From: an uncultured Pseudomonadota bacterium
Lineage (GTDB): Bacteria > Pseudomonadota > Gammaproteobacteria > Steroidobacterales > Steroidobacteraceae
Length of the DNA: 64,000 nucleotides
NCBI GenBank assembly: GCA_963768485.1
Contig: CAVYHZ010000002.1
Location: forward strand, 1,284,902-1,348,901
Direction: 5' to 3'
The notes below the pieces were generated by a model. That model was not told the origin of the DNA and did no database searches. It worked only from the letters and a program-made list of their open reading frames with translations. Shown here piece after piece: positions 25,147-33,886 of this stretch. Made by a program: the position numbers and the translations under genes. Position 1 is the first letter of the stretch. Every line of letters begins with the position of its first letter.

Positions 25147-25159
25147 GCAGCGCAGCGCG

Positions 25160-25552
25160 CTAGCGCAGAAACAGTCCCGCGGCCACCCGCCGCCCCTCCT
25201 GCACCAGAACGTTGAATGTCCGGCACGCGGCGCCGAGGTGCATCGCCTCGAGTCCGACGCCGCGCCGGGCCGCCAGGGCGCGAATCTCCGCGGCCGGAAA
25301 GCGTTGCACGGGCCCCGTGCCGAGGAGCAGCAGCTCGGGCGCGAGCGCGAACAGCGCCTCGAGGTGCGCCGGGCGCAGCTGCGCGAAGCTCTGCGGTTCC
25401 CACTGGGTGATGAGCGTGTCGGCGGTGACGATGCAACTGGCGCGCACGCTCTCGGCGCCGATGCGCACCTCATCGTCCGTATAGCCGCGGATGAGGTTCG
25501 CGGGCGCGCCGGGTTCGAGAGTGAACTTCACGGGCGGTACGATACTGCCCAT
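25160..25552 (-). CDS. Mth938-like / DUF498 (Xcc1710-like) domain protein
   Basis: The region VKFTLEP...NLIRGY...IRIG...LLLGTG...LEAMHLGAACRTFNVL matches my recollection of the DUF498 fold family. The start is ambiguous: ATG 25552, GTG 25531, or upstream ATGs to 25591. Confidence 0.6.
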   Translation of the reverse strand: MGSIVPPVKFTLEPGAPANLIRGYTDDEVRIGAESVRASCIVTADTLITQWEPQSFAQLRPAHLEALFALAPELLLLGTGPVQRFPAAEIRALAARRGVGLEAMHLGAACRTFNVLVQEGRRVAAGLFLR

Positions 25553-26588
25553 GCACGAGGCCGTCATCGTCATCAGCGACCTGTACCTCAAGCCCGGGGA
25601 GCTCGCGCTGGATGCGGCGCAGCCACTCCCCGCGCTCGGCTTCGTCGGGCGGTTCGGCGAGCGCGAGCGCCTCTTACGCGGCTGGCGCGCGTGGCTCGCA
25701 GGCTGGCTCGGCCACCCGCAGCTCGCGGACGCCCCGGTCGCGGAAGTCGCCGCCGCGGGGTTGCGCGACCGTTACGCCGGTGCTACGCGCTGGCTCGCCA
25801 CTCCGGTCGAGCTCATCGCGGGACTGACGCGCGTGCACCTCGAGCGGCGGGGACTCGTGCAGTTGAGCGAGCCCGAGCTCGCCCAACTGACGGCGAGCTT
25901 CGCGCGCACCTTCGGCGGCGCGGGTCTCGCGCTCGCGCCGCTGGGCGACGGGCAACTGCTGCTCGCGACGCCCGGCATCGCGCCGCTCGCGGCGGGCGAG
26001 CCGGCGCGCAGCGCCGGCGGGGTTCTCGAGGTACCGCAGGGTCCGGCGGCGGCCACGCTGCTGCGCCTGCGGGCCGAGATCGAGATGTGGCTGCACGCCG
26101 AGCCGTTCAACGCGGCGCGACGCGCCCGCGGCGCCCCGCCGGTGTCGGCGCTGTGGCTCTGGGGTGCGACCGGCGATGTCACGGCCGTGGACGTGCACAA
26201 CAGCCACTCGGGCGTCAACGGCGGCGCACGGCCCGCGACGGCGGCCTTCGGTTCGGACGCATTCCTCGCCGGGCTCTGCCGCCTCACCGGCACACCGCTC
26301 GCGCCGCTGCCGGCGGACCCAGCCGCCGTGTTCGCGAGCGCCGCCGCAGAGCGCCTGGCGCTGGTGGTCGCGATGGCCGGCCAGCTGGCACCGGAGGAAT
26401 CCTGGAGCCTGCCGGCGGCGGCAGCGGCACTCGAGCGGGGGCTCATCGCGCCGGCGCTCGCGGCGCTGCGCCAGGGGGCGCTCGCGCGTCTCACCCTGAT
26501 CGCGAGCGATACGCGGGTGACGCTCACCCGGTACAGCGGCCTCAAACGCTGGCGGCGCGCGCGCGCTGGCCTTGCGGCCTTCGCATGA
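25551..26588 (+). CDS. conserved hypothetical protein, RpfE-type regulatory protein-like (tentative)
   Basis: About 345-aa ORF immediately upstream of recJ, with SDLYL near the N-terminus and SALWLWG mid-protein. The family assignment is from memory of recJ-adjacent rpfE in Xanthomonas. Alternative start ATG 25491. Confidence 0.45.
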   Translation: MHEAVIVISDLYLKPGELALDAAQPLPALGFVGRFGERERLLRGWRAWLAGWLGHPQLADAPVAEVAAAGLRDRYAGATRWLATPVELIAGLTRVHLERRGLVQLSEPELAQLTASFARTFGGAGLALAPLGDGQLLLATPGIAPLAAGEPARSAGGVLEVPQGPAAATLLRLRAEIEMWLHAEPFNAARRARGAPPVSALWLWGATGDVTAVDVHNSHSGVNGGARPATAAFGSDAFLAGLCRLTGTPLAPLPADPAAVFASAAAERLALVVAMAGQLAPEESWSLPAAAAALERGLIAPALAALRQGALARLTLIASDTRVTLTRYSGLKRWRRARAGLAAFA

Positions 26589-26601
26589 GGGGGTGCGGCC
26601 C

Positions 26602-28326
26602 ATGAGGCTCACGGTGGTGCGACGCACGGCGCGGGCGGACGTCGCCCTGGGCGCGGGGCTCCACCCGGTGCTGGCGCGTGCCTACGCCGCGCGTGGCGTG
26701 CGCTGCGCGGCCGATCTCGACGTCTCGCTCGCGCGGCTGCTGCCGGTCGGGACGCTCGAGGGCATCGCGCGGGCGGTCGAGCTGCTGCTCGCTCACCGCA
26801 CCGGCGGCCGGGTGCTGGTCGTCGGCGACTTCGACGCCGACGGCGCCACCAGCAGCGCGCTCATGGTGCGGTCGCTGCGGAGCCTGGGCTTCTCCGCCGT
26901 GGACTTCCTCGTGCCCAACCGCTTCCGGTTCGGCTACGGGCTGACGCCCGAGATCGTGGCGCTCGCCGCCGAGCGCTCGCCGACCCTGATCGTGACCGTC
27001 GACAACGGGGTCTCGAGCCACGCCGGGGTCGCGGCCGCACGCCAGCACGGCATCGACGTGCTGATCACCGATCACCACCTCCCCGGTGCCGAGCTCCCCG
27101 ACGCCAACGTGATCGTGAACCCGAACCTGACCGGCAGCCGCTTCGGCAGCCGCTCGCTCGCCGGCGTCGGCGTGGCGTTCTACATCATGGCGGCCCTCGA
27201 GCGGCGGCTCGCGGAGGTGGAGGGCGCACGTGAGCCGGTGGTCGCGCAGCTGCTCGATCTGGTCGCCCTCGGCACGGTGGCCGACGTCGTGCCGCTCGAT
27301 GCCAACAACCGCGTGCTGATCGCGCAGGGCCTGAAGCGCATTCGCGCCGGACGCTGCGTCGCGGGGATCCGTGCGCTCCTCACGGTCGCCGGCAGGGGCG
27401 CGGCGGATCTAACCGCGGCCGACCTCGCCTTCGGTGTGGCGCCGCGCCTCAATGCCGCCGGCCGCATCGACGACATGAGTGTCGGCATCGCCTGCCTGCT
27501 CGCGGACGATGCTGCCGAGGCGCAGCGCCTCGCCGTACGGCTCGATGAGCTCAACGAGGAGCGCCGTGCCATCGAGGCGCGCATGCAGCAGGAGGCGCTC
27601 GCGGCGGTGCGGCGCCTCGCCGACCCCGTGCCCGGGGCGATCGAGAGGAGCGGCGTCGTGCTGTTCGACGAGGAGTGGCACCAGGGGGTCGTCGGGCTCG
27701 TGGCGAGCCGCGTCAAGGAGCGCCTGCGCCGCCCCGTGATCGCGTTTGCGAACGCCGACGGGGCGACGCTGCGTGGCTCGGCGCGCTCGGTTCCCGGGGT
27801 GCACATCCGCGACGCGCTCGATGCGATCGCGGCACGCCATCCCGATCTCATCAGCCGCTTCGGCGGACACGCCATGGCCGCGGGCCTCACCCTCGAGCGC
27901 ACGCGGCTCGATGACTTCGCGCGCGCCTTCGACGCCGAGGTGGCGCGCGTAACCTGCGGCCGGGCGCTGAACGATGCGGTCGAGACCGACGGGGAGCTCG
28001 CGGTCGGCGAGATCGCGCTCGAGACCGCCGAGGCGCTGCGCGCCGGGGGGCCCTGGGGCCAGGCTTTTCCCGAGCCGACCTTCGACGGTGTCTTCACCAT
28101 CAAGAGCGCGCGCGTGATCGGCGAGCGGCACGTGAAGATGTGGGTCGAGCCCGCCGACAGCGGCCGCTCCTTCGATGCGGTGGCGTTCAACCATCTGCAG
28201 GAGGGAGTCAGCGTGCCGGCGCCGGGCTATCGCATGCAGCTCGTCTATCGGCTGGACGTCAACGAATACCAGGGTGAGCGGCGCCTGCAGCTGCTCGTCG
28301 ATCATCTGTTGCCGGTCGCTCGCTGA
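26602..28326 (+). CDS. recJ: single-stranded-DNA-specific exonuclease RecJ
   Basis: DHH motifs (VVGDFDADGATS, VDNG, LITDHH), a DHHA1 region (GGHAMAAG) and a C-terminal OB-like domain. Confidence 0.94.
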   Translation: MRLTVVRRTARADVALGAGLHPVLARAYAARGVRCAADLDVSLARLLPVGTLEGIARAVELLLAHRTGGRVLVVGDFDADGATSSALMVRSLRSLGFSAVDFLVPNRFRFGYGLTPEIVALAAERSPTLIVTVDNGVSSHAGVAAARQHGIDVLITDHHLPGAELPDANVIVNPNLTGSRFGSRSLAGVGVAFYIMAALERRLAEVEGAREPVVAQLLDLVALGTVADVVPLDANNRVLIAQGLKRIRAGRCVAGIRALLTVAGRGAADLTAADLAFGVAPRLNAAGRIDDMSVGIACLLADDAAEAQRLAVRLDELNEERRAIEARMQQEALAAVRRLADPVPGAIERSGVVLFDEEWHQGVVGLVASRVKERLRRPVIAFANADGATLRGSARSVPGVHIRDALDAIAARHPDLISRFGGHAMAAGLTLERTRLDDFARAFDAEVARVTCGRALNDAVETDGELAVGEIALETAEALRAGGPWGQAFPEPTFDGVFTIKSARVIGERHVKMWVEPADSGRSFDAVAFNHLQEGVSVPAPGYRMQLVYRLDVNEYQGERRLQLLVDHLLPVAR

Positions 28327-28372
28327 ACCGGGCGCCCGGGTGTTAGCATCCCAGAGCCCCGACAGCCGCGGA

Positions 28373-29474
28373 ATGCCCATGGAAGTCAATCAGCTCAAGC
28401 GCCAGCTCAAAGACCTCGGCGAGCGGATCGGTTCGCTACGGGGGTTTCTTTGAGTACGACCGCAAGCTCGAGCGTCTCGAGGAGGTCGGTCGGGAGCTGG
28501 AGGATCCGGCGGTCTGGTCCGACCCGGCGCGCGCCCAGGAGCTTGGGCGCGAGCGCGCGCGGCTGACGAGCGACGTCGGCGAGATCGACCGCACCAGCTT
28601 ACGGATCAGCGAGGCCGCCGAGCTCCTCGAGCTCGCCGCAGCCGAGGGCGATGAGGTCGCGGCGCGTGACATCGAGCGCGACGCGCAGCACCTCGAGGGT
28701 GAGGTGCGGCACCTGGAACTCAAGCGCATGTTCTCGGGCAAGATGGACTCGCACAACGCCTTCCTCGACATTCAGGCGGGCGCGGGCGGTACCGAGGCGC
28801 AGGACTGGGCGCAGATGCTGCTGCGCATGTATCTGCGCTGGGGAGCGGCACGGGGCTTTCGCTGCGAGGTGATCGACACGAGCCCCGGGGAGGTCGCCGG
28901 CATCAAGAGCGCGAGCGTCGCAATGCAGGGCGAGTACGCCTACGGCTGGCTGCGCACCGAGACCGGCGTGCACCGCCTGGTGCGCAAGTCGCCGTTCGAC
29001 TCGGGCAACCGCCGCCACACCTCGTTCGCTTCCGTGTTCGTCTCGCCCGAGGTGGACGACGACATCGAGATCGAGATCAACCCGGCGGACCTGAGGACCG
29101 ACGTCTACCGCTCCTCGGGCGCCGGCGGCCAGCACGTCAACAAGACCGAATCCGCGGTGCGCATCACGCATATGCCGAGCGGCATCGTGGTCGCCTGTCA
29201 GAACGAGCGCAGCCAGCACAAGAACCGCTCCACCGCCATGAAGATGCTGAAAGCGAAGCTCTACGAGCTCGAGGTCAACAAGCGCAACGCCGCGGCGCGC
29301 GTGCTCGAGGACTCGAAGTCGGACGTGAGCTGGGGCAACCAGATCCGCTCCTACGTACTCGATCAGTCGCGGATCAAGGATCTGCGCACCGGGGTCGAGG
29401 TCGGCAACACGGCGGCGGTGCTCGACGGCGATCTCGATCAGTTCATGGAGGCCTCGCTCAAGGCGGGCGTGTGA
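28373..29474 (+). CDS. prfB: peptide chain release factor 2 (requires programmed +1 frameshift at 28448-28453)
   Basis: Frame 1 reads M(PM)[23 protein letters not shown] then TGA. The +1 frame continues [12 protein letters not shown]...SPF...[16 protein letters not shown]... to 29474. The alternative start is ATG 28379. Confidence 0.93.
28441..28453 (+). promoter_or_regulatory. prfB programmed +1 ribosomal frameshift site
   Basis: GGGG TTT CTT TGA G. An internal SD-like G-run (G5, 28440-28444) lies 3 nt upstream of the CTT slippery codon, which is followed by an in-frame TGA. This is the same architecture as E. coli AGGGGGUAUCUUUGAC. Confidence 0.88.
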
Positions 29475-29478
29475 GGGC

Positions 29479-31017
29479 ATGAAGAAAGACCACAGCAACC
29501 CGCCCGCGGGCGGCGGCGGCGACGACGACGGGGCCGATGAGAACAAGCTGATCGCCGAACGGCGCGCCAAGCTTGCGGAGCTGCGCCGCAGCGCCGGTGC
29601 CGGCGGGGCCTTCCCCAACGATTTCCGGCGCGATGCGCTCGGCGGCGAGCTGCACGCGGCCTACGGCGAGAAGAGCGGCGAGTGGCTGGACGCGAATCCG
29701 GTGCGCGTCACGGTCGGCGGCCGGCTCATGTTCAAGCGTGTCATGGGTAAGGCGAGCTTCGCCAAGATCGCCGACCGCACCGGCCAGATCCAGCTGTACC
29801 TGCAGCAGGACACGCTCGGTGCGGCCTACGAGGCCTTCAAGGGCTGGGACGTGGGCGACATCATCGGCGGCAGCGGGGTGCTGTTCCGGACCCGCACCGG
29901 GGAGCTCTCGGTGCGCGCGGATGCGCTGCGCCTGCTGGTGAAGTCGCTGCGGCCGCTGCCCGACAAGTGGCACGGGCTCGCCGACACCGAGACGCGCTAC
30001 CGCCGCCGCTACGTCGACCTCATCATGAGCGAGCCGGGCCGCGAGGTGTTCCGCACGCGCGCCCGCATCGTGCGTTACCTGCGCGACTTTCTCGATGCGC
30101 TCGGCTTCCTCGAGGTCGAGACGCCGATGATGCAGCCGATCCCGGGGGGCGCGACCGCGCGCCCGTTCCGCACCCATCACAACGCGCTCGATCTCGACAT
30201 GTACCTGCGCATCGCGCCGGAGCTCTATCTCAAGCGGCTGATCGTCGGCGGCCTCGACCGCGTCTACGAGATCAACCGCAACTTCCGTAACGAAGGCCTC
30301 TCGACCCAGCACAACCCGGAATTCACCATGCTCGAGCTGTACCTCGCATGGGCGGATTACCACGACATGATGGACTGGGTGGAGAAGGCGACCCGCGGCC
30401 TGGCCGACACGCTGAACGGCAGCCCGCAGCTCACCTACCAGGGTCGCGCCTACGACCTCGCGCAGCCCTTTCGCCGCGTGACGGTCGAGCAGGCGATCAT
30501 CGACAACAATCCCGGCATCGATCCGCTCTCGCTGCGCGATCCGACGTATCTGCGCAAGCGCTGCGATCAGCTCGGCATCGCCTGGCATCGTGACGACGGC
30601 GCGGGGAAGCTGCAAATCGAGCTGTTCGAGAAGACCGCGGAGGCCAGGCTCCTCGACCCGACCTTCGTATACGCCTACCCGGTCGAAGTGTCGCCGCTGT
30701 CACGCCCGAACGACGCCGACCCCTTCATCGCCGACCGCTTCGAGTTCTTCATCTCCGGGCGCGAGATCGCCAACGGCTTCTCCGAGCTCAACGACCCGGA
30801 GGACCAGGCGGCGCGCTTCCGCGCCCAGGTGGCGCGCAAGGACAAGGGCGACGAGGAGGCGATGTTCTACGACGCCGACTACGTGCGCGCGCTCGAGTAC
30901 GGCATGCCGCCGACCGCGGGTTTGGGCGTCGGCATCGATCGCCTGGTGATGTTCTTCACCGACTCGCCCTCGATCCGCGACGTCATCCTCTTCCCGCACA
31001 TGCGCCCGGAGGCCTGA
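29479..31017 (+). CDS. lysS: lysine--tRNA ligase (class II)
   Basis: 512-aa ORF with an OB anticodon-binding domain and class II motifs ([21 protein letters not shown]). Lies in prfB-lysS synteny. Confidence 0.95.
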   Translation: MKKDHSNPPAGGGGDDDGADENKLIAERRAKLAELRRSAGAGGAFPNDFRRDALGGELHAAYGEKSGEWLDANPVRVTVGGRLMFKRVMGKASFAKIADRTGQIQLYLQQDTLGAAYEAFKGWDVGDIIGGSGVLFRTRTGELSVRADALRLLVKSLRPLPDKWHGLADTETRYRRRYVDLIMSEPGREVFRTRARIVRYLRDFLDALGFLEVETPMMQPIPGGATARPFRTHHNALDLDMYLRIAPELYLKRLIVGGLDRVYEINRNFRNEGLSTQHNPEFTMLELYLAWADYHDMMDWVEKATRGLADTLNGSPQLTYQGRAYDLAQPFRRVTVEQAIIDNNPGIDPLSLRDPTYLRKRCDQLGIAWHRDDGAGKLQIELFEKTAEARLLDPTFVYAYPVEVSPLSRPNDADPFIADRFEFFISGREIANGFSELNDPEDQAARFRAQVARKDKGDEEAMFYDADYVRALEYGMPPTAGLGVGIDRLVMFFTDSPSIRDVILFPHMRPEA

Positions 31018-31024
31018 GGGATCG

Positions 31025-31471
31025 TTACGGAACCACGCGCGTACCCGCGAGCGTGGCCTGTACATCGGCGCCGGAGGGCCGCCCCGCCGCATCGTAGCTG
31101 CGCGCCTCGGCCGTGCCGCTGAAGGCGTCGCCGGTGACCCGCAGCGAGAAGGAAATCTCGGTACGGCTCACGAGCTGATGAGTCGCGCGATCGGCGGCGA
31201 CTTCCACGAGCTTGCCTCTCACGCCGGGGCCGTCCGCTCTCCAGACGCCCATGAGATTGCTGTCGCTGGTTCGCGGGTCGCCGGCGTCGGGGTTGGATTG
31301 CTCGACCGTTCCGTCCGAATGGAATGCGAACATATGCAATGGGAAGGGCGCTTCCGGCGCCCGCACCAGCCAGACACCGACGATCGGGGGCGCGGAGCGT
31401 TCGGCGGGCGGTGAGCTGGCGCAGCCGCTCGCGACCATGATGAGCGCGAGCAGTGCGGGTGTCCGGGTCAT
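31025..31471 (-). CDS. hypothetical lipoprotein
   Basis: 148-aa ORF with a signal peptide and lipobox LIMVASG/C. ATGA overlap with the upstream gfa gene. No family recognised. Confidence 0.6.
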   Translation of the reverse strand: MTRTPALLALIMVASGCASSPPAERSAPPIVGVWLVRAPEAPFPLHMFAFHSDGTVEQSNPDAGDPRTSDSNLMGVWRADGPGVRGKLVEVAADRATHQLVSRTEISFSLRVTGDAFSGTAEARSYDAAGRPSGADVQATLAGTRVVP

Positions 31472-31893
31472 TCGGGCGATGGTATCGGCACCGGGAAAGT
31501 GCCGTCAGCGCTTTGCGGCAGACCGTCTTCGATCGCGTAGTAGTCGCCCTTGTCGGCGACGTGGATGTGGCAGGCGCTGGTCAGGTTCGTGGCGCCATCG
31601 AGCGTGCCGGCGGCGATCGAGAGGGTGTCGCGCCCGTCGGCCTGCCAGAAGAGTGTCGAGCCGCAGTGGCCGCAGAAGCCGCGGCGCGCGGCATCGGAAG
31701 ATTCGTACCAGCGCAGCTGCGCTTCGCTCGTCAGGCGAAAGTCACGGTGCCGCGCGGCGGTCGCCGCCATGAAATGCCCGGTACTGCGACGGCACTGCGT
31801 GCAGTGGCAGTAGACGACCGGCCGCAGCGGGCCGGTGACCTGGTAGCGGACCGCGCCGCACAGGCAGCCGCCGGCATGAGTCTCTCGGGTCAT
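31468..31893 (-). CDS. GFA-family (glutathione-dependent formaldehyde-activating/CENP-V-like) zinc protein
   Basis: GGCLCGAVRY and CHCTQCRRSTG Cys motifs, then FCGHCGSTLF. The start ATG at 31893 overlaps the ygfZ stop (ATGA). Confidence 0.8.
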   Translation of the reverse strand: MTRETHAGGCLCGAVRYQVTGPLRPVVYCHCTQCRRSTGHFMAATAARHRDFRLTSEAQLRWYESSDAARRGFCGHCGSTLFWQADGRDTLSIAAGTLDGATNLTSACHIHVADKGDYYAIEDGLPQSADGTFPVPIPSPE

Positions 31894-32864
31894 TCGGGCA
31901 GCTCGTAGGGCAGCGGGAGTGGAGTGGCTTCGAGGCGCAGTGTAGCCGCAGCGGCGGCCGGCTCGCCGCTTGCCGCGCCGACGGGTGCCACCGCGAGGAA
32001 TTCGCAGCCGCCCTCCGGTGTCTGTGCCACCTCCACCACCCGCACGGTCCGGCCGTCGGCGAGAGTGCCGGCGGCGCCCGGCGCGAGCGGCAGTGGCGCG
32101 GCGCTGCCAAAGCGCTGCAGCCGCCGTTTGACGCGCCCGCGGTAGTGAGCGCGCGCGATCACTTCCTGCCCGGTATAGCAACCCTTGTCGAAGGCGATCG
32201 CACCGAGCACGTCGAGGTTGAGCATCTGGGCCACGAACTCCCCGCTGGTCGCCGCGTAGACCTCCGGCTGCCCGCGCCGGACGGCGAGGCGCCGCCAGAG
32301 GCTCGAGTCGGCGCTCGCACAGTCCGCAAGCCCAGCCGGGCGCTCGCTGACCGGCGCCGCGGCGGGAGAGACGCTGAGCCAGCGCGCCGGGTCAGCGTCG
32401 ATGCGCACGAGCCGCGCGCTGCCCAGGTGCGCTACCGCGCCCGCGGTCGCGGGCAACTGCGTGGCGCAGGCCGGTGCGGGGCCGGCGGCCCCGGCAGCCG
32501 GGCCGACGAGGCCCTCGATCCGCCAGGCATCGGATTCATCCGCCAGCTCGACCTTGGATCGCAGTACGAAGCCCCTGAGGCGCCCGACGGTGGGGCCGAC
32601 GAGCTCGCGCGGCAGCACCGCGAGCACCTCGCCCGGCTCCCCCTCGAGGAGGCGCATGAGCGCCAGCACGCGTCCCTGCGGGTTGTGGCAGCCGGCAAGG
32701 AGCGAGTGCTCGCGCGTGAGCGTCGCCAGGTCGGCCGAGAGCTGTCCCTGCAGAAACGCAACGACGTCGCGACCACGGGCACGCACCACCCCGAGGTACC
32801 CGAGGGTGAGCAGATTCCATTGGGAGTACATGGACTTGAGCGTTGTTTTTCCTTGGCTTTCCAT
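31890..32864 (-). CDS. ygfZ: folate-binding tRNA-modification/Fe-S repair protein YgfZ
   Basis: Signature FDKGCYTGQEVIARAHYRG and N-terminal GxDxxxFLQGQLSADL. The alternative start is ATG 32831. Confidence 0.85.
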   Translation of the reverse strand: MESQGKTTLKSMYSQWNLLTLGYLGVVRARGRDVVAFLQGQLSADLATLTREHSLLAGCHNPQGRVLALMRLLEGEPGEVLAVLPRELVGPTVGRLRGFVLRSKVELADESDAWRIEGLVGPAAGAAGPAPACATQLPATAGAVAHLGSARLVRIDADPARWLSVSPAAAPVSERPAGLADCASADSSLWRRLAVRRGQPEVYAATSGEFVAQMLNLDVLGAIAFDKGCYTGQEVIARAHYRGRVKRRLQRFGSAAPLPLAPGAAGTLADGRTVRVVEVAQTPEGGCEFLAVAPVGAASGEPAAAAATLRLEATPLPLPYELPE

Positions 32865-32900
32865 GGCCGCAGGCCAGGAATTCTGTCAGACTAAATAGGT

Positions 32901-33104
32901 ATGTCGACGCCGCAACGCAAGGGGCCGGGAAGGCCTCCGTCCGCCGCCTCCGTTCCTCTCCCGTCAGCCGCTTCACCCGCTCCCGCGAACGGGGAGCCGG
33001 CCGCCGCCCCGCCCGCGTCCGCGCGCGAGATCGGCGGCGTCGCCGGGCCCGACCCGACGCGCTTCGGTGACTGGGAGAAGAACGGGCGCTGCATCGACTT
33101 CTAG
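32901..33104 (+). CDS. DUF1674 (SDHAF4-like) small protein
   Basis: 67-aa ORF with an Ala/Pro-rich N-terminus and a conserved C-terminus EIGG..GPDPTRFGDWEKNGRCIDF. Lies directly upstream of sdhC. Confidence 0.8.
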   Translation: MSTPQRKGPGRPPSAASVPLPSAASPAPANGEPAAAPPASAREIGGVAGPDPTRFGDWEKNGRCIDF

Positions 33105-33107
33105 TCT

Positions 33108-33503
33108 ATGGCGCCACGCCCGATCTCACCGCATCTCTCGGTGTACCGGATGACCCGGTACACGCTCGCCACCTCGATCTTCAACCGCTTCACCGGGGTC
33201 GGCCTGTCGCTCGGGCTGCTGCTCCTGGTGTACTGGCTGACGGCGATCGCAGCGGGCGCGGCCACGCAGGCGCGTGCCCAGCACCTGCTCGCGCACCCGC
33301 TCATGAAGCTCATCTACGCCGCGCTCGTCGTCTCGTTCTGCTACCACCTCGTGGCCGGGATCCGCCACCTGGTGTGGGACACCGGCCGCGGCCTCGAGCG
33401 TGCGCAATCGCAGAAGAGCGCCTGGCTCGTGGTTGCGGTCAGCCTCGCGCTCATGCTGCTCGTCGGCTGGTGCGTGTTCGCCGTCGGAGGCCGCACGCCG
33501 TGA
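33108..33503 (+). CDS. sdhC: succinate dehydrogenase cytochrome b556 subunit
   Basis: 131-aa ORF with [11 protein letters not shown]-terminus, three TM helices and a heme-ligand His region. Confidence 0.92.
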   Translation: MAPRPISPHLSVYRMTRYTLATSIFNRFTGVGLSLGLLLLVYWLTAIAAGAATQARAQHLLAHPLMKLIYAALVVSFCYHLVAGIRHLVWDTGRGLERAQSQKSAWLVVAVSLALMLLVGWCVFAVGGRTP

Positions 33504-33886
33504 GTCTGCGCACCCCATTGCGGCGCGTGCTCGGTATGGGCTCGGCCAAGGAGGGCGTGCACCACTGGTGGCAGCAGCGGCTCACCTCCGTGGCGCTGGT
33601 GCCCCTCAGCGTCTGGTTCGTGGTCTCGATCCTGGCGCTTCCTTCCTTCGACCATGCGACGGTCGCGCTCTGGATGCACGGCAACACCACGGCCCTGCTG
33701 CTCATTCTCCTGGTGCTGGTCGCCGCCTGGCACTCGCAGCTCGGCGTGCGGGTGGTGGTCGAGGACTACGTGCCCGCCCCCGGGGCGCGCACCGTGACGC
33801 TGGCGCTCCTCACCTTCCTGCATGCGTTGCTCGCGGCGGCGGGGGTGTTCGCGGTGCTGCGGGTGGCGCTCGGCGGCCCCGCATGA
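33500..33886 (+). CDS. sdhD: succinate dehydrogenase hydrophobic membrane anchor subunit
   Basis: GTG at 33500 overlaps the sdhC stop (GTGA). The product has [15 protein letters not shown] and three TM helices. Confidence 0.88.
   Translation: MSLRTPLRRVLGMGSAKEGVHHWWQQRLTSVALVPLSVWFVVSILALPSFDHATVALWMHGNTTALLLILLVLVAAWHSQLGVRVVVEDYVPAPGARTVTLALLTFLHALLAAAGVFAVLRVALGGPA

Noticed and set aside
24960-25147. Identifying the RNA candidate as 6S RNA (ssrS) because of its ~185-nt rod-like fold.
   Set aside because: It shows no resemblance to the gammaproteobacterial 6S sequence I recall. The A-rich/UG-rich interior is unlike the 6S central bubble. The locus is not the usual zapA-ssrS-ygfA context. 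The idea is kept only as a hypothesis to exclude with Rfam.
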